In this document: piece after piece, positions 1 to 15,807 of the stretch
Layout of the letters: each line of letters opens with the position of its first letter
Numbering within the stretch: position 1 is the first letter of the stretch
Assembly: GCA_037379345.1 (NCBI GenBank)
Contig: CM074512.1
Coordinates: 68,407,597 to 68,471,596 of the forward strand
DNA length: 64,000 bases
Origin: Perna viridis
Taxonomy: Eukaryota
Reading direction: 5' to 3'
Translations under genes and position numbers: made by a program
Notes under the pieces: generated by a model
What the model saw: only the letters and a program-made list of their open reading frames with translations
The model's database searches: none
Told to the model about the DNA's origin: nothing

Positions 1-1684
1 ATATGCACTGATTTTCTAATAACTTGTCAAAAACTCAAAATATGACTTGAATTTGATAACAGATCTTTTATTGTACGTCTTGTTTGTACTGAAGTTCCCC
101 CTGATTGAAAAGTTGATAAAATATTTATACAAATACATTATGATTTGACAATATCTTATATTTGTACTTTGTATTGAGAAAATCTAATTAGATAATCATT
201 TAGAATTGATCTGTTGGGTACAGCTATATGTATTCTAAGACATGCCATCTTTTGTTGCTTTGAAAGCTGTACCATTCTTGTGCAAAAAACTTATTGATGC
301 AATTGTTACAAAATGATTGTCAGATTTTTTGTTACAAAATAAAATTTTAGTACAGTTCTCAAAATTTTGAGTGCAACTTCGACAGAAGATAGCTTGGTGC
401 CTGTTGCTGCTAGATGCCATCCATACAATCCTACATTTCACTTGGAATGACTGACAGGGTGAAATGTATGCTGTGAAAATGATTGATAACATAAAGCATG
501 TACATTTCATACTTTATGTAATCAAGTGACTGTGGCATGTTTGACAAATCATTACATTTATTTAATTTATCAAACATAAAATTATTGTTTGAACTTTTAG
601 ATTTTTTACAAAGTTATAAAATGTTTACACATCAGTCATCATACTAAAGTAAATAAGTGTACTCATATCTGGACAGACACCAAAACCTTAAGGCCTAGAC
701 TTTTCTATAAAGATGAAATAAAAGATGACAGGCATAAAAGTGCATTGTCTGAACTAGTAAAAGGATGGATACATCACACTTACAGCTGTAATTTATAAAA
801 GTACAAAATAATGGTTGCATATCACAGTAAATATGTATTGGTGTGAAACTGGCTATAAAGATCTGTTTTTATGTAAATCACTTGGTTTTCTCCCATTGTA
901 GTAATATCTGTAAATGTTATTTAGGGCCAGTCTAAAGCTACAGCCATTTTTGCAAAAGTATTAGAGTTAAAATGTGGTTGTTATAGACAACATGTCACAT
1001 GTATGAAGCGTTGTGACTACATGTGCATGTCTATTTCTTACATGTATGAAGAATTTTGTGAAGAAACAGCTGCTGGTTTTCAGGGTCTCTTGTTGTTCTA
1101 AGATTAATATGATACACATTTACTGGTACATATATTCGAAAGAGTGAATCAGGAATGACTTGAAGATTAAATGAGTTAAATCTTTGAGCATTCTCCGTGT
1201 TTCAGTGACATATATTATTGGTTATTCGTGATTACTAATTGATTGTCCAATTTATTATGTAGATTCTCTCAGTAATTTATTGTTTTTTTTTTCTCAAATA
1301 AGATTTTCTTTCATTTTGTGATCTGCGAATACTCCAAGTGATCAAACAAAAAAAGAGTTTATGTCACAAGAGATAAGTGTTATGATGTTTTGGCAGAAAG
1401 AAGTCGGAGAGTAGAATTACAGAATTTATTTCACATATGATTTATTTCATAGGGAACATCCCATAACTCACTACCATATATTTAATGAATGTATTCAATT
1501 TCTGATTAGTTTATACACTATAACCTAATTTGGGTCTGTTTATGCTGAATAATCCGGTTGTTGTACTGACAAAAATGGTCCTCACCACAGTGTAATATTT
1601 TATTGAGTTTTACATGTAAAAGATGTAAAATGGAAATGGCCTGAAAACTCAATAAAAACTTGATATTCTTTTTTTTTTTTTCAG

Positions 1685-1958
1685 AGAGTTGTCTCTCCTG
1701 CAGAAAGTTAAGCAAACAGAATATGTAAGGAAAGAATTACAGGCATATGGTCTTGACCGTGTGGAAATTCAAGATTTTGATGTAGTTGTCACCTACCCTG
1801 ATCCTAGGAGACCTGATCGACTTGTAGTTGTTGATGCTGAGGTGAACCATATTCTAAGTAACTGGACATTAAGCAATGAAACTAACAACAAAAGAATTGA
1901 GGCGGCATTGCAGGGAAATATTGGAGGCGCACAGAAACTTAAAACTCATTTCTCTGAG
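1685..1958 (+). CDS. M28B-like gene, first exon in window (ELSLLQKVKQTEYVRKELQAYGLDRVEIQDFDVVVTYPD...HFSE)
   Basis: Polypyrimidine-CAG acceptor at 1684, GAG|GTAAGT donor; resembles the W..FGLD.V....YDVLLSYP segment of GCPII. Confidence 0.85.
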
Positions 1959-4900
1959 GTAAGTTACATGTACATTGGTACATTACTAAACATGCTACAA
2001 AGATCAAACACCAAGCACTTGTACAGTATATAAACATTGCTCATTCATTTATTTCTTATGAGTTGAGTCAACTTTCACATGTTTGCACTTAATTTCTCAG
2101 TCATTTTAAGTCATGTGAGTTAAAATACAATGAAATCTTTGCTTTATTTAATTTGATAAAAATGCCCAAAATTGGAAAAAAAAGGAATAATCTGTTAGTG
2201 TTCAGGGGGTACCAATTTTCGTAGTTTTCGTGGGTTTTGTAAGCTACAAAATTTGGTGTCAAACAAATAAGAACTTTTCCATCTGTTTGAACAGTAGAGT
2301 TGTCAAGTCCACAAATTCAAGATTCTATGAACTGATAATTTTCCCCTTAACCACGAAAATTGGTATCCAGGAATGAAGGTACTTTCACAGTATTTCAATA
2401 AATCATTTGAAAAAAACAGCCATCAGTATGCAGGCTCAGACTAAAATATTGTTCTTTAAAATAAGTATATGAAATTAATTTTGGAAGGAGTAATCAAGGG
2501 AACCAAGGTTATAGAAAAGGAAAAAACAAAGGAAAAAAAATGATAAATTGTAATAAAAATAAGAAATAATATTTAAAAAAATGAAATTGTTACAAAAGTT
2601 TTAATTCAAAATTTTAAAACTTAAATTATTTACATATTCTCCATTACAACTTCCCACAATACCTTTTTGAGCATTTCTCTCAATGTGTGGACAATAACAA
2701 TCCCCACTATATTAACTTATCAGATTGGAGAGTCTTTTATGGCCCACCATAATTATTTCTCAACTGTCCTGTGATTTCTATCTATTTTATCATGAATAGA
2801 ATTAATTAAATGAAACAGCCTTGTACAAATAGGAGCCATTAAATATTAATAAACATACTGGTGTTTATTATTGTTTCATTTGTCTTTTATTTACTGGGTA
2901 ATTGACTTCGGGGAATGTCATAGGTAGATATAGTCCTTTGATCTTAAAGGTGTGCACAGGTGAATGAGTTAGATTGGTTTGGATTTGTCAGGTGTTGGTC
3001 AGTGACAAGTTGTTAACAGCTGGTAGGGCTGTAGTTATAAACTATATTGGATTTTGTCCATGTGATATTAAAACCATGTAAAGTGAACCCCTTTTTACCT
3101 ATAGAGTTTGTTTGATTTAGACAGGTAATCAGTTCCCCAGGTTCAATATATATTTAAACTGATATGAAGAGACTTTTGTAAGTGTCTGGTGTAGAGTAGT
3201 TTTTATTTATTCAAAGTTCTATTTACACAGATTTCACTGTACAAAACACCCCACCCCCTTATTTGTGTCAATTATGATCTTTGACATGTCATATAAGGTA
3301 ATTTTCTTTCAAATTATGGGATTTAGGTAAATTGATTAGCATTTATATTATAATCTATTGATATGGATTTTTTAGGAAGTAAATCTGGCTTATTTTTATT
3401 AATTTGATTGTCCAATCTGCATGAGACAGTTTGTCAGATAGTGCAGGGCTGGATTTCTAAAATGTCAATTTTTTTTGGATGTGCATGGCCTCAAACCTCA
3501 AAAGAGAATTCAGGTACATCCATGTATCGAAATCAATATCTGGATACAGACATTGTTATCTCATAAGAGAAGATATTGTAGGCTTGCAGGGCTTAACATG
3601 TATTTTAGCTGAATGCAGAGAGGATACATGTTTGATTCCAATAAATCCACATCAGAACTGTGACAAATTGATCTTTTGACTTAACATGGTGATTTTTTTC
3701 CCTCTTTGATCTTTCAAGTATTTACAAATCTGATCTTGTGGCTTCTAAAGACTTGACAGGTCACTGCTACACCTGACAGGGATTACTGGTATATCAATTG
3801 TTTTCTCGCCTGAATATAGCTGAAATATTGCTGCTCGGGCGTTACACCCCAACAATCAATCAATCAATCAATCAATGGTTTTGGTGGTTCAGTGTTAGCA
3901 TGCCCATCGCCAGTGAGGATGGTTGTTGATTCATTCCCTGACTGGGTTGTACTTCAAGACTTTAAAATAGTTGTTACTGCTTCTCTGCTAAGCATATGAT
4001 ACAGCAGAGTGTTGAGTGACAATAAAAGTTAGAACTATATGTCTTGATTATAAATGTGTCGGTGTACATGTGTTTGTGTGATATAAGAATCTGGATTAGT
4101 ACAATAGAGGCTAATGCATCTATAGATCCTGGGGTGTTCCTGTTTTTTGAACCCCCTTCTCCTCTACTTAAAATCAGTGGATTTTCATCTGTTCTGTGTG
4201 AATTTGAATGTCCTAAAATGCATGAAATACATGTATCTGCAATTGGACATTAAATTAAAGTCAATCAGTTAAGTGTTTGATATTTATAAAATGTACTTTC
4301 CATGTGTTATTTTTGACTTCATTACAGTTTATATGGGCATAAGTACTAGTTGGTGACAAACTTAGCTGGAATGACTCACAAAATTGATAGCATTCATATT
4401 TGGTTCAGTAAATATTCTAAGTGCAAATCAGTTTCTAAAATTTTTAAACACTTAACTAATTATTTACCTTTAGTCATTGTGATGTAAAAGGTAAAGAAAA
4501 GTACAATATATTATAAATTAGGAAATTGCATGTTCAAATATTTGTTGTTTTTTTCTTTTTTTTTCTTTGTTGAAAGATTTGCAAGCAACAGGGTTAGAAG
4601 TAGCTTTGATCTTCGTTTATCGATGTGCACTTGCTAGACTGGAAAATTTAGATGTTTAAAAACATTTATTTAAGGACAATTTTGCTTAGCTTAGCCAATA
4701 AAGGAGTTCCAACTAATTGCAGATTTTAAGTTTTTAAAACTGTAGCTTTCAAAGAATTCATTAATATTTAATTCACCTGACTCAATTTAATCCAAAGGAG
4801 TAGATGAATATCATAATGTGGTATATATTCTTGCCTTGAATTGGCAAGCTAAGCTTTGATTTCAAGATACTAAAAATATATTTCTAATAAATAAAGATCT

Positions 4901-7900
4901 GACAACTGCACGTAGTAACCAATCATTGCCAAAAATTATCTAACATTTTTAATTCTATTAAATTTATCATTCATATGTAAAGAATCAAAGGTGCCAAGAA
5001 AAGGTCAGATGTCAAGGGCATGTCAAATTTTATTTAAAATATGAATTTAATATTTAAATTTAATTTTGCTTAAGCTTGAACACTCCAGCTGTCTTGTCTC
5101 CTGACCTTTTGACCTTTACATTCCTTACCTTTCCTACTCAATCTGAGAAGATTCATTTGAAATTTATTTTGGAACATTTTACGATACTTCTCTCCTTAGA
5201 AAAGCTATAGATACAAAATTAATATTTCCTTTAATTAAGTACCAGTCCACATAAATTTCAGACATGGCCAATTGTAAAGTGATTCATGGTGTAGAAAAAA
5301 CCACCAAACAATGCTATACTTTCACGTAACAAGAATCGTTTCTGCATTGGGATCTGCACTTTTTAGAAAATCATACATTCATCTCCCACTAAAATCAACC
5401 AAGTGAAACCAAATCTAGAACGATAACTCTTTCAAAGTGCCAATTTTATGTACAATCAATAAATTTTACCTAAAAAACGCAACCCTAAACAAAAAACAAA
5501 CGAAAAACTAAGACTGGTTATGTAATCTATAACAGTTTCTGAACAAGTATTTAAACTGAATTTGGTGGGTTTTTCATGTGCATGAATCACCCTCTGTCTG
5601 ATTTTTAGAAACACTGGTACTGAAGTGCAAAATCATAAGAATTTGTGGAATTTTTTCATGTTTCTTCAACAGAAAGGGGTTTTCTGTTTGGCAATATAAA
5701 GACTCATTGAAGTAATACTTTAATTGTCAATCATTGACACCATCATACAAAGTTTGAAAGAATTAAAATTTTCTGAATTGGTTTGTGTCATAAAAGATAC
5801 GATTTAAGAACGGAAGTTAATTGAACAAGTTACTTTTTTGAGATGCTTTAAAGTGATCTTATCCTGACTTTGATGTCTGTAGCCAGGAACAAATACTTTG
5901 ACTTTATCTTAAAGGCAGGTATGGAGTGTTAGAATGGTAGTTTTCTTGTACAATTATATCAAACATCAAAGGGATGTAGAAAATTAATGTAGAAAAAAAT
6001 GCAGCAACAATAAAAGGTCATATTACCAACCAACTCCCAGGATCCTATAAGTCCTGTAAGGAAATAGGTAAGTTTTTGCAGCTCTGTGTAAGCCAAATTA
6101 GACAAGAAAATCAATTTAGCCATGGACTTGTGAGAGAATCTAAATTTATGGTTAAAATCAAAGCAAGTTACAGTGTATGAAATTTTCCCCTAGTGGAGCA
6201 GTCATAATGGGCATTTCCCAGGGGTTCCAGTTCATCAAAATTTTAGCAATCCATACAATGCTTTTGAAGCAGATGGTTATAGTGACCTTGGTGTCTGTCT
6301 GCCCATTCACACCTTTTTTGTTTCAGTTTTCTCTGCATCTATTTTACACTGTATAGCCATCTTATATTTTGATAGACGCTTCAGCAATATTGGGAAGCAA
6401 CATTAACTTTAATTTTCACAACTTTAATAATTTGACCATTTTTTTTCGAGGGTGGGAAGCAGGGTTTCCTTTACTGACCTTTGCTTGAAGTTTTTCTAGT
6501 CATTTAAGTCATGTACTATCATATAACGAAATATGTCAGAGAGACAACAACTCTGCAGAGATGAAATATGTCATCTCATGCAAGGCCACCCATGGGTCTT
6601 CAATGAATGACGAGGAAACCTTCAGACATACATTTTTTTGCGCTTCTAGCTGCCAGTGTAAAATCTCAATATGTAGTGAATTCTGCTGAAAATTATAACT
6701 AAACTAACATGGTCACGCAAGCTTGAAGTTATTTGAAACTGTGATTTTCCTTGAAGCAAGAGAAAAACAAATACATTGTACATGTACTATCTTTAAAAAA
6801 AAGTAGTCAATGCAGTAAAATTATGATCTTTTTACTTATAGTTTTCTACATTTCATTCAGGAAATAACACATGGCACACAATTTTAATTTTCGATACAGT
6901 TTTTTCGAACACCACTGACTAATCAGTAATTGGCCAATCAGGAAACGAAATTGTGATCAGGTGACTTGCATATCTTTAAGGTCAAAGGGTAAGAAGTGAA
7001 AAGTATACCAACTGCATTGGAAAAAAAGAAATAGCTTTACAAGATGTACCAAAATTTAACATACATGACTTTATTTTCAGTGGGATCTTCTTGATACTTT
7101 TGAGGCACTAGTACTGGTTTCACGTGAATATTTCATATAAAAAGTTACTTTGATCTGAATGAAAGGATAGGCTAAACTGAAGTCTACCGGAAGTAATTTC
7201 TGTAAAACATCCAAGAAAATAATCAAATAGCTGATTATTGATTAAACGAATATAAATTTAGGAAATTATCTAAAAAAAATTCCTTTTAGATCAAAGAATA
7301 AAGCAGAAATTTTCTAGAAAGTGGTATCAAATTTTAATGGCCCATTTCCGTTACAGAAAGTATTGCCTAAGGCAGTGCTGATGTTGTTTATAATGAGTGT
7401 TCCTTATCAATCTAGACTTGCTTGGATTCATTTGATATTTAGTCTGTGAAATACAGATAAATCTTATCGTTTTCAGTTTAGTTACATAATGCAGGGTAAT
7501 TTGGTAAGATAAAGCCATCACAGTAATTGTCTTCAAAAAAAAAAAAAAAAAAAAAAATAGGAATTTCTCTCCGATTCTTAGAAATTGAGCTAACTCACAG
7601 ATCTTCATGTTTAAAAGAGTTGAAGTTTGGAGACAATTGGTACATGTATTTTTGTACTATTTTGAAATTTCAGAAGTTAAAAGATGAAGTCCAGAAGTAA
7701 TGGTGCAGTGGTCATTTGATATCATGTACATAGCAAGCAATGGGAAACGCACAAAACTCCCTTAAAGACAAATAAAACAACGAACAGAATACAATACAAA
7801 GTGATAAAAATTTTAAAAATGTATTCTTATTGTTAATCTGTATATTCAATTCTATTATATACTTTCAAGAATAAGGATGAACAAAATTAACAATTCTTTT

Positions 7901-10900
7901 TAATATAAGAGGAGACCATGTTTTCATTTTGTTATAATGAAGCAACATGCAACAGTGCAATTACTTCACCCACTTTGTTTTATTTTTAGATTTAATTTAA
8001 ATTACAGTACCAGTTGATGCTGAATATTTAATGTTTTTTTGCCATGTACATTTTTTTTAAGTGAGCCATGTTTTATATAGTTTTTGATCACACTCAGTTC
8101 AAAGTGATTTACAGGCATTGATGCCTCCTTTAGTACATTGTAACTACTACAATAGTTGAGAAATTTAATTGCTACTGTGGACATGCAAAGTGGCCATTTC
8201 AAGATTTCTTAACCCACTTTTATTTTTTAAAACTTCAATGAAAGTTGGTTCAGATTATTAAAAACATAGAAAAATTAACCCTTTTTAACAGTGCTATAAA
8301 TTGGTGTTAATATTTGATGTCCAAATGAACAAAAATGTAAACTTGATTCCTTTAACATGCAGTTCAATCTTTAAATACTCTTTTCAAATGTATTCAACAT
8401 GTTAGGTCATAAATTATGTCTGTGTTGACGTGATTTAGAATAACTACAAGATTGCAATCGGAGGATCAAGTTTCTTTGTCGAGCAATTTGATATTTTATC
8501 ATAGACAAATATTTTATACAAAATGCAGAGAAATGTCTTTTATTTTCTTTGTTCATAGCTTGAGTTTTAAGTCTTTGTAAAAATCAGGCAAATTCATTCA
8601 ATCTGGCACAAACCCAACAGACTGTAACTACATTAATGCTCTAATTGGTTGACCACTAACTAGTCTAGCTCAAAAACATTCATTGTGAAATATTTCAGGA
8701 TACATGTAGTTGTGGACTATTCTGCCTTTTGACAGAGTAATCCGCCCTTGAATTGTTCATTTTTGGTAGATTTCTATGAAATTGAAACTCATTTTACCAG
8801 AAAGAAATTGCAGACCCGACCTCATTTTACCAGAAAGAGACTGCAGATCTGACCTTCACTTATTAAATTCTTATGCCAAACAAACTGGTACCTTATTTTC
8901 CACAAAAATCGACTGCGGCTTATAGTCCGGTGCGCCTTATTCACCGTTAATTTCTTAGTGCATTTTTAAACTGACCATAACAGTACAACTCACTGCCTGA
9001 GTTCTAGAGAGACTTGTATTTAAATACTTGTTATTTATAGAGCTTGCTTGTTGTTTGCATTTTTTGGTAATAAATACTTCACATATTCAAGAAGTATGAA
9101 GTTTATGCTTGTTCATGGTTAGCATGTTAATCTGGCATTCCTCAAAGGACTTCTTGGAGATTTTGAATGGTTGTATACATGTACCTGAACATACTCAAAG
9201 AAAACTCAATCTTACAAAAAAAAGATTGTTTTCTGTTCTGCATGCATGTTAAAACCAGGGTAATTTTGAAATTTCATTCATTTGAACTCTTTGAAGCTGA
9301 CAGCTCTGTTATATATGTTACATGTATTGGAATGTGTATGTATTAATGCTTTGATCAGAATATATACATACATGAATGAATATTATATTTATTGAAGTAC
9401 ATGTACAAGAAAACAAATTTGGTGTAGAGGTGAAAACCTTCGAAAGAAATCAGTTTCATTGTCATTCTTAATTATAATTAATAATTATAATTATAATTAA
9501 AATATTATAATTGAAATCTCTTAAAAAAAAAATAAATAAAGAACAAAATTTTTTATACTACTGGTGATATGAGAAAGATTTCTTTCCCACTAAATGAAGG
9601 AGATAGGGAGGCTTACAAGAAAGTAATGGTAGGAAAAGTTATGGTGATTTATATTTATCGTTTAGTGGGGAGAGTAGGATATAAACTTGGAAAAGTCCAC
9701 AAACTAAAAAAATACAATGGTTTAAGACCCTTAACTGTTAAACTGTTTGTGACATTATGGAATTCAATAGCTTTGATTAAAGTTAACTTGGTACTAATAA
9801 GAACATTCTCCAGCATCAGAATTTCTTGATTTTTTTTTTGGTACCATGGGTAGAGCTAAGTATGTTTGGTTAAGCCAAATAAACAAAAATGGTAGATTTT
9901 AATCTAACCTTCACCAAAAATATGAGAAGAATGGAAGGATTTTATTTTTTTTTTTTAAGATTTCTTACCAGATAATGGCTAGCCTAATTATAGCTATGTA
10001 AGTATGGATATGTTCTAAATCCATAGCCACATCAGTAGGGTTTGTAAATCTTGTTCTAGTTTCAGTTTCCCTTCTGGAATTTCCAGTGTAGAATGCATGG
10101 AAATCCGAAGACCGATATGCATTTTAGTGTGTACTTCCAGGAAATTCAAACGCCGGTTCACAATGCAAAATCGTCTATTTTATTGTATTCTAAACATTTT
10201 TATCTCTTAGAACTTGATAATTGTCATTTTTAATCAGTATTTTTACACCAAAATGATACTTCGCTTTTAATATTGAACTCAATGCTATGTTAATGACAAA
10301 TCTCCATACATTTGAATGGTAGACTAGGACCCATTCTTACAAATCCACGGAGTTATGTGACGAGACTTACATACCCTGTTGCAGACAAGAAACATTACTT
10401 AAGTCACCAAGAAATGAAAGATTTGTAATTATAGTACATTAGTACTAGAAACTGACGCGAAAAAAATCCTGATTTTGAAATTCCCACCCCAGTTTTTTTA
10501 TTTTTGTCAATTTTTTAGGGACAGGAGAAGACGAAAATCCATTATTTTTTTTTTGGCCTTATTCATAAATTATCTTGATTGGTACTGATTACTGGGTGTA
10601 AATCATCATTTATTGACTACAGTATCATGGTTTTCCCCGGATTTTTTTTTCAAAGTACAAATAACTCAATACAAAAAAAAAAACAAAAAGAAATACATAA
10701 AAACTTTGATGTGTTACAAACATGAGGATACAAAGCCATTTCTCCATACATCTATAGTCAGATTTTGTGGTATTAGTCTATTATGTTGCTGAACTGCTTT
10801 TATGTAGTTTTGATAAATTAGCCGATAGAGAAAAATAGAAAATAAACTGCACAGAAATTAAACCCAGACTGAAAATCACAGTAGAAAATCAAAGACATAT

Positions 10901-13900
10901 TTCTACTATTACATCGATCAACAAATGTGAATGAAATCCATGTTAAAATCCATGTTTGTCGATGACATGCACATTAGCCTCTTTTATCATAACAGCGCAA
11001 TACGATATCCATTAGTATGTGGTGGATCAAGAAGACAAATATATTGGAGAGATAAAAATGCAATTCTGAAAGTTTTGTTACTTGGTAAAATAACTATGTT
11101 ACTCAGTGTTTAGGGGGTATGTCAATTTTACTAAACAGTATCTGTACGTAAGTTCTCCAGTTAGTGTTCCGGTAGCTGTATTTAAAAAATTATGTAACAG
11201 TGTCATGCTAAGAAACTTGGAACCTTGAAGAATAAAAGAATTTTTTTTTCAAGATTGCATGTTATAACTATAGACCTACTGTCAAACTCGTGTTCATAGC
11301 CCAGTTTAATGAAATATTAATATCTTAAATGAGTTTTTCCTGAAATTATTCCTCAACTCAAATTTTGACTAATCAGTAATTTTTGAAATGTAAGATTTTA
11401 GGAAATTTCTATTTAAAATTGTTAATATGATGAGTAATTCTGACTTTTTTTAGGAATTAGCACAAGTCTTGCATGTGCTATCATAAGTGATCGACTGACA
11501 TTAGAAGAGACTGCCAATATATATTATCAATTTTATTTAATACTTTTGTCAATTAAAAATTTCTTCTAAATATAGTCAAATCAGTCTTATGTACTGCAAA
11601 AGATTTTTTTTGCTAGTCATTATCTCTAGATTTCAGTTCATTTTTTAACCAAATAATCTTTTGCAGGTTATGGGAAGAAAAATTTACAATTGAAAAATAA
11701 ATGTGTCTAGAGGTAGTATCTGAAAGTCTAAAACAACAACCACTATGAAAACTACATGTACATGTATCTCAATAGTTGTTTATACAAGCATTGCAAAACA
11801 CAGGAAATACAGTTATACCTGTTTGCACAAATGCTATTGGACTAAAGGTTTTGTTTTATGAAGGTAGGTTTTTGGTTTACGCCAGGTCAAAATGAATTGA
11901 AACTAATATAATGGAACTTCATGAGATGTCTTATTTACACAGGTTTCTAGTTTTTAACAGTTAGGCTTCTGTAACAGGGTTATGTTGCTACTGTCCTGAA
12001 CTGATCTGGGCAACAGTTTGAGGATGAGTTTGGCCTGGGTTTGATTGATGCAGATTTTACTGTACTTACTCAGGTAACATCCATCCTCTTTTTTCCAGGG
12101 TGAGTTGGTGTATGGAGACTATGGCAGAGAGATTGACCTTATTAGGAGAAACAGAACTACACCCCTAAAAGGCAAAGTTCTCCTCATCAAGGAGGGAGAG
12201 ATTTCTGTTAAAGATAAGGTATGAACAATGCTTTTCTTAAGATACCATAAATTAATGCAGGTAATTTTCATGGGATGCTTATTTTAGTGTATTTAACTGT
12301 CTGTCTAAAAACGCCAAAAAAATTTCCACAAAATATTGACTCTGGACTTCAGTTAATCAGTGCACCACTTGGCATCCGCCAAAACCTCTCTGCCTCAAAA
12401 TTACAAAATTTTACACCTATCAAAATTTTAATGTTGAATGAAATGACGAAGTATGGGTACTGTGCTAGATAGATTTGAAATACATTTGGGCTGCAGAACT
12501 TGGAATGAAATGATTTATCTTATAAATGTGCATTAAATGTTTTGACATGCAATATGTCTTGTTTCGTGCATTAAACTTGAAGACCAAGAAGAACAAAAGG
12601 CTAAGAACAAAATCACAGAATTCAAAAGAATTTTTAAAAAAGTACACATTAAGATAAAAGCACAACTAAACCGTATTAAAACTGGGTCATTATTGATAAT
12701 TCAATGATTTTCTTGGTACATATGAATCCTCGCTATTAACAGGATTAACCTGTTCTATCGAGACTCCAAACATATTAGAAGGAGAATAAAACATTGAATT
12801 ATATGAGGAATAAATCACTCTAATATGAAAACTAGGATTTAGTACAAGTAAGTCTTAGCTAGGTCTCCAATTTGTCAAGAAATATGGAAAAAAGCTTCAA
12901 ATTTAATTGAAAACGGAATTGGTGAAGCCATTAACATGTCACTGAAGTTAGATCAATTGGTTTGTTTGTCCGTTTGTACATTAAAGGTCTGTTTTGAACG
13001 AATCGAACATTCCTCGAGCACTGATACCTGATTTTAATACAAGATTTTTATCTAAAACAAATAGAGATCATCATTGACTGGGCTTGTAGTGTTTGTAGAT
13101 TAAGTACGAGTACCCTGGGGGAGGAAAACACAACCAAATATTTGGTTATTAGCTACCAGAGCTCTTGACTTAGTGTTTTTGAGAGGGTTTTCATTCTTAT
13201 TTTATCAGTTGATATGGGGAAAACAAAAACCTTATGTAAGAAGGACTTCTATAACTTAATGTTGTTTTAAAAATGATATCCTCATGTTTATAATAATACT
13301 TATAATGTGTAATATCAGATAGACAACAGTGCTATCTTTTCTAGCTGCCGAAAAGTTGACCTGATTCCATGCACGGTTTTGTTTAGAATTTTTAGCACGC
13401 TGGGCTGTTTTCTACCTTTAATCTTTATCTTTTGAAAAAAGGAAAAATTCAATGAGAGGGTTTTTTAAGCATAATATTTTAAAGGGTTTTGAAGGGGAGT
13501 TATTTTGCCCAACTAAACCCCTTTTCAGTTCATTGTTTATAGTTTTTAACCATGTTTGTAAGTTTAAATGAAGAGGTGTAGGAGTCATTGTAACTCGTAA
13601 GGCTAATTGTAAAAAAGAGTAAACCACATGTTATGGGAATTTTTTTGTGAATTTGAAATATTTTCCAATCTTAACTAATAGGCAGATATTTGGCCCAGAA
13701 AAGGGGTCAGAAATCCCTATACTAATCTTTAACAATCATTAAATTTTCAAGACAAACACAACTAACTCCCTGATATTTTTTAAAGCTTTTACAAACAGAC
13801 AACTGACTAGACTCAGAACACCATAGGCACAATTAGTCACAAAGCTATAAATACCTGTTATTTTAGCTGATCACCTGTAAACCTACATGTAGTTTAAAGG

Positions 13901-15765
13901 ATTTAGTTTATCATTTTTACATATCTGTACTTGACTTCATATTTCTTTGTAATATTATTCACCTAATTGCTTAACTTTTCAAAAGCGGAAAGTCCATTAG
14001 TCGATTTTAACAATGAAATAGAATTAGATGTCCTAAAAACGACATACTTCAGAGCTTCCTAGCTGCTTTACTTAGAGATTTATAGCCCAATAATTCTCTG
14101 TACAAATGATATAATAATCCTTTATTATTTCTTATGGGACGTAAAGGTAAATAGCAGGTATTTGTTTTGTCCTTCAAAATAAAGTCTTGTCTATGACGTC
14201 AGTGATAAAAGGGAAGTATCCGGTCTTATATTTGCATACGTAGTAGTTTTCTTTTTATATCAGCTCTAAATATATAGATTTTGACACAAGAAGTACGGCA
14301 CAGTTTCCCTTTTTTGTCATCTGCTGTCTCTTGGTGAATATACCATATCTGCTTATCAGGGAACTAAGGAATTAAGAATGTTTTAAGTCTGTAGATGGAA
14401 AGCGGTATTCTCTAAATGACATGTACAAATTCCATGATTAATCAGATCCTGTAAACAAATCAGATTTTGAACCACCCAATCCCATTATCAATGACAAATA
14501 GGTACATTTAGTACAAGGGTATTTTTAGATGAAGTGTATCCTGTCTAAATCAAACCCTTTATGGACTTAAAAAAAATTGTTCGGTTTAGACAGGTGTTTG
14601 GTTTAGACAGGCATTTGGTTTAGACAGGTGTTAGGTTTAAACAGGTGTATGGTTTAGACAGGTGTTAGGTTTAGACTGGTGTTTTGTTTAGACAGTTGTT
14701 AGGTTTAGACAGGTGTTTGGCTTACCAGGCTTCAAAATACACTAAACTGGTTTAAAGAGACTTTAAAAAGTGTCTGGTTTAGACAAGGGGACTTCTAAAT
14801 GTGTCTGGTTTAGATGTTTTTTTTTTCAGATTTATTCAGGGTTTGGTTTAGACAGGTTTCACTGTACATTTTAAAAATGTGGCTCTGTAAAGTCATCAAT
14901 CATTTCTATTTGTAGAGATAAAGTAAATACGAACTAATAATTCAATTTTTCAATTTCACATTAAGTGGTGCTTATAGGTAGTATACATGTGGACTATCCA
15001 TCTCATACTTGTTTGTTGCGAATTTCTAGTATTAATCAGACAAGTTCTAAATCTGGAATGGTCATACATTCCTTTCCTTATTCATGAAAATGTGTCCTTG
15101 AAGTACATGGCGAAAATCACTCCTCGTGAATCTCTAAATTTACCTCATAAAGCTTAAATTTGCAAAACATAATACAACATAAATCGTCCCATGTTCATAA
15201 GAAATAAACACAATTTATGTTATTTTTTTTTCTAATTTACTGCCAAAAGTGGATGGTCCTGGACTTTTTCAAGTTTTAAATCAATGGTCTACTTACAATA
15301 AAACAAAAGTCCTCAATAAAGTGTCAGTTATATAGGTTGAAGGTGCAGAACTTAGATAAATCAAATTTCTAAGGTTAGAAATTATTAGTCCTTCGAGTGA
15401 CAACTTTTTGTTCATTAAAACTATATGATAAAAAAAAATGAATGGACTAATTATTAGGAATGTTCAAGCACACTTTTGATTTTCAAATTTTGTTTTATAC
15501 TCTGTCATACGAAGTGGCAAGGTATTATGTGAAACCCTCAGAAAAGTTGTGGCAGTTCATTTGTCTGTCTGCCAGTCCACCGAGGATTTTTTTGATAATA
15601 GCTTGAAAATGGATTAATGTATTTTTTCAAACTTTTCACAGATATTGTGTTTCATAAAATACAAGTTAAGTTAAATTTACAGAAAAATCCAAATTGTGGT
15701 TTTCAAGTTACAGGTCATTTTGAATATTTTGCCATGTCTCCTTTTTTGCCATTATGTGTGTGTGT

Positions 15766-15807
<42 letters not shown>

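Noticed and set aside
3880-3950. tRNA gene
   Set aside because: Degenerate boxes, no cloverleaf, and it continues into SINE body sequence
14583-14718. Regular short repeats resembling a CRISPR array
   Set aside because: Head-to-tail 17-bp units with no unique spacers, inside a MITE in eukaryotic DNA; no cas genes
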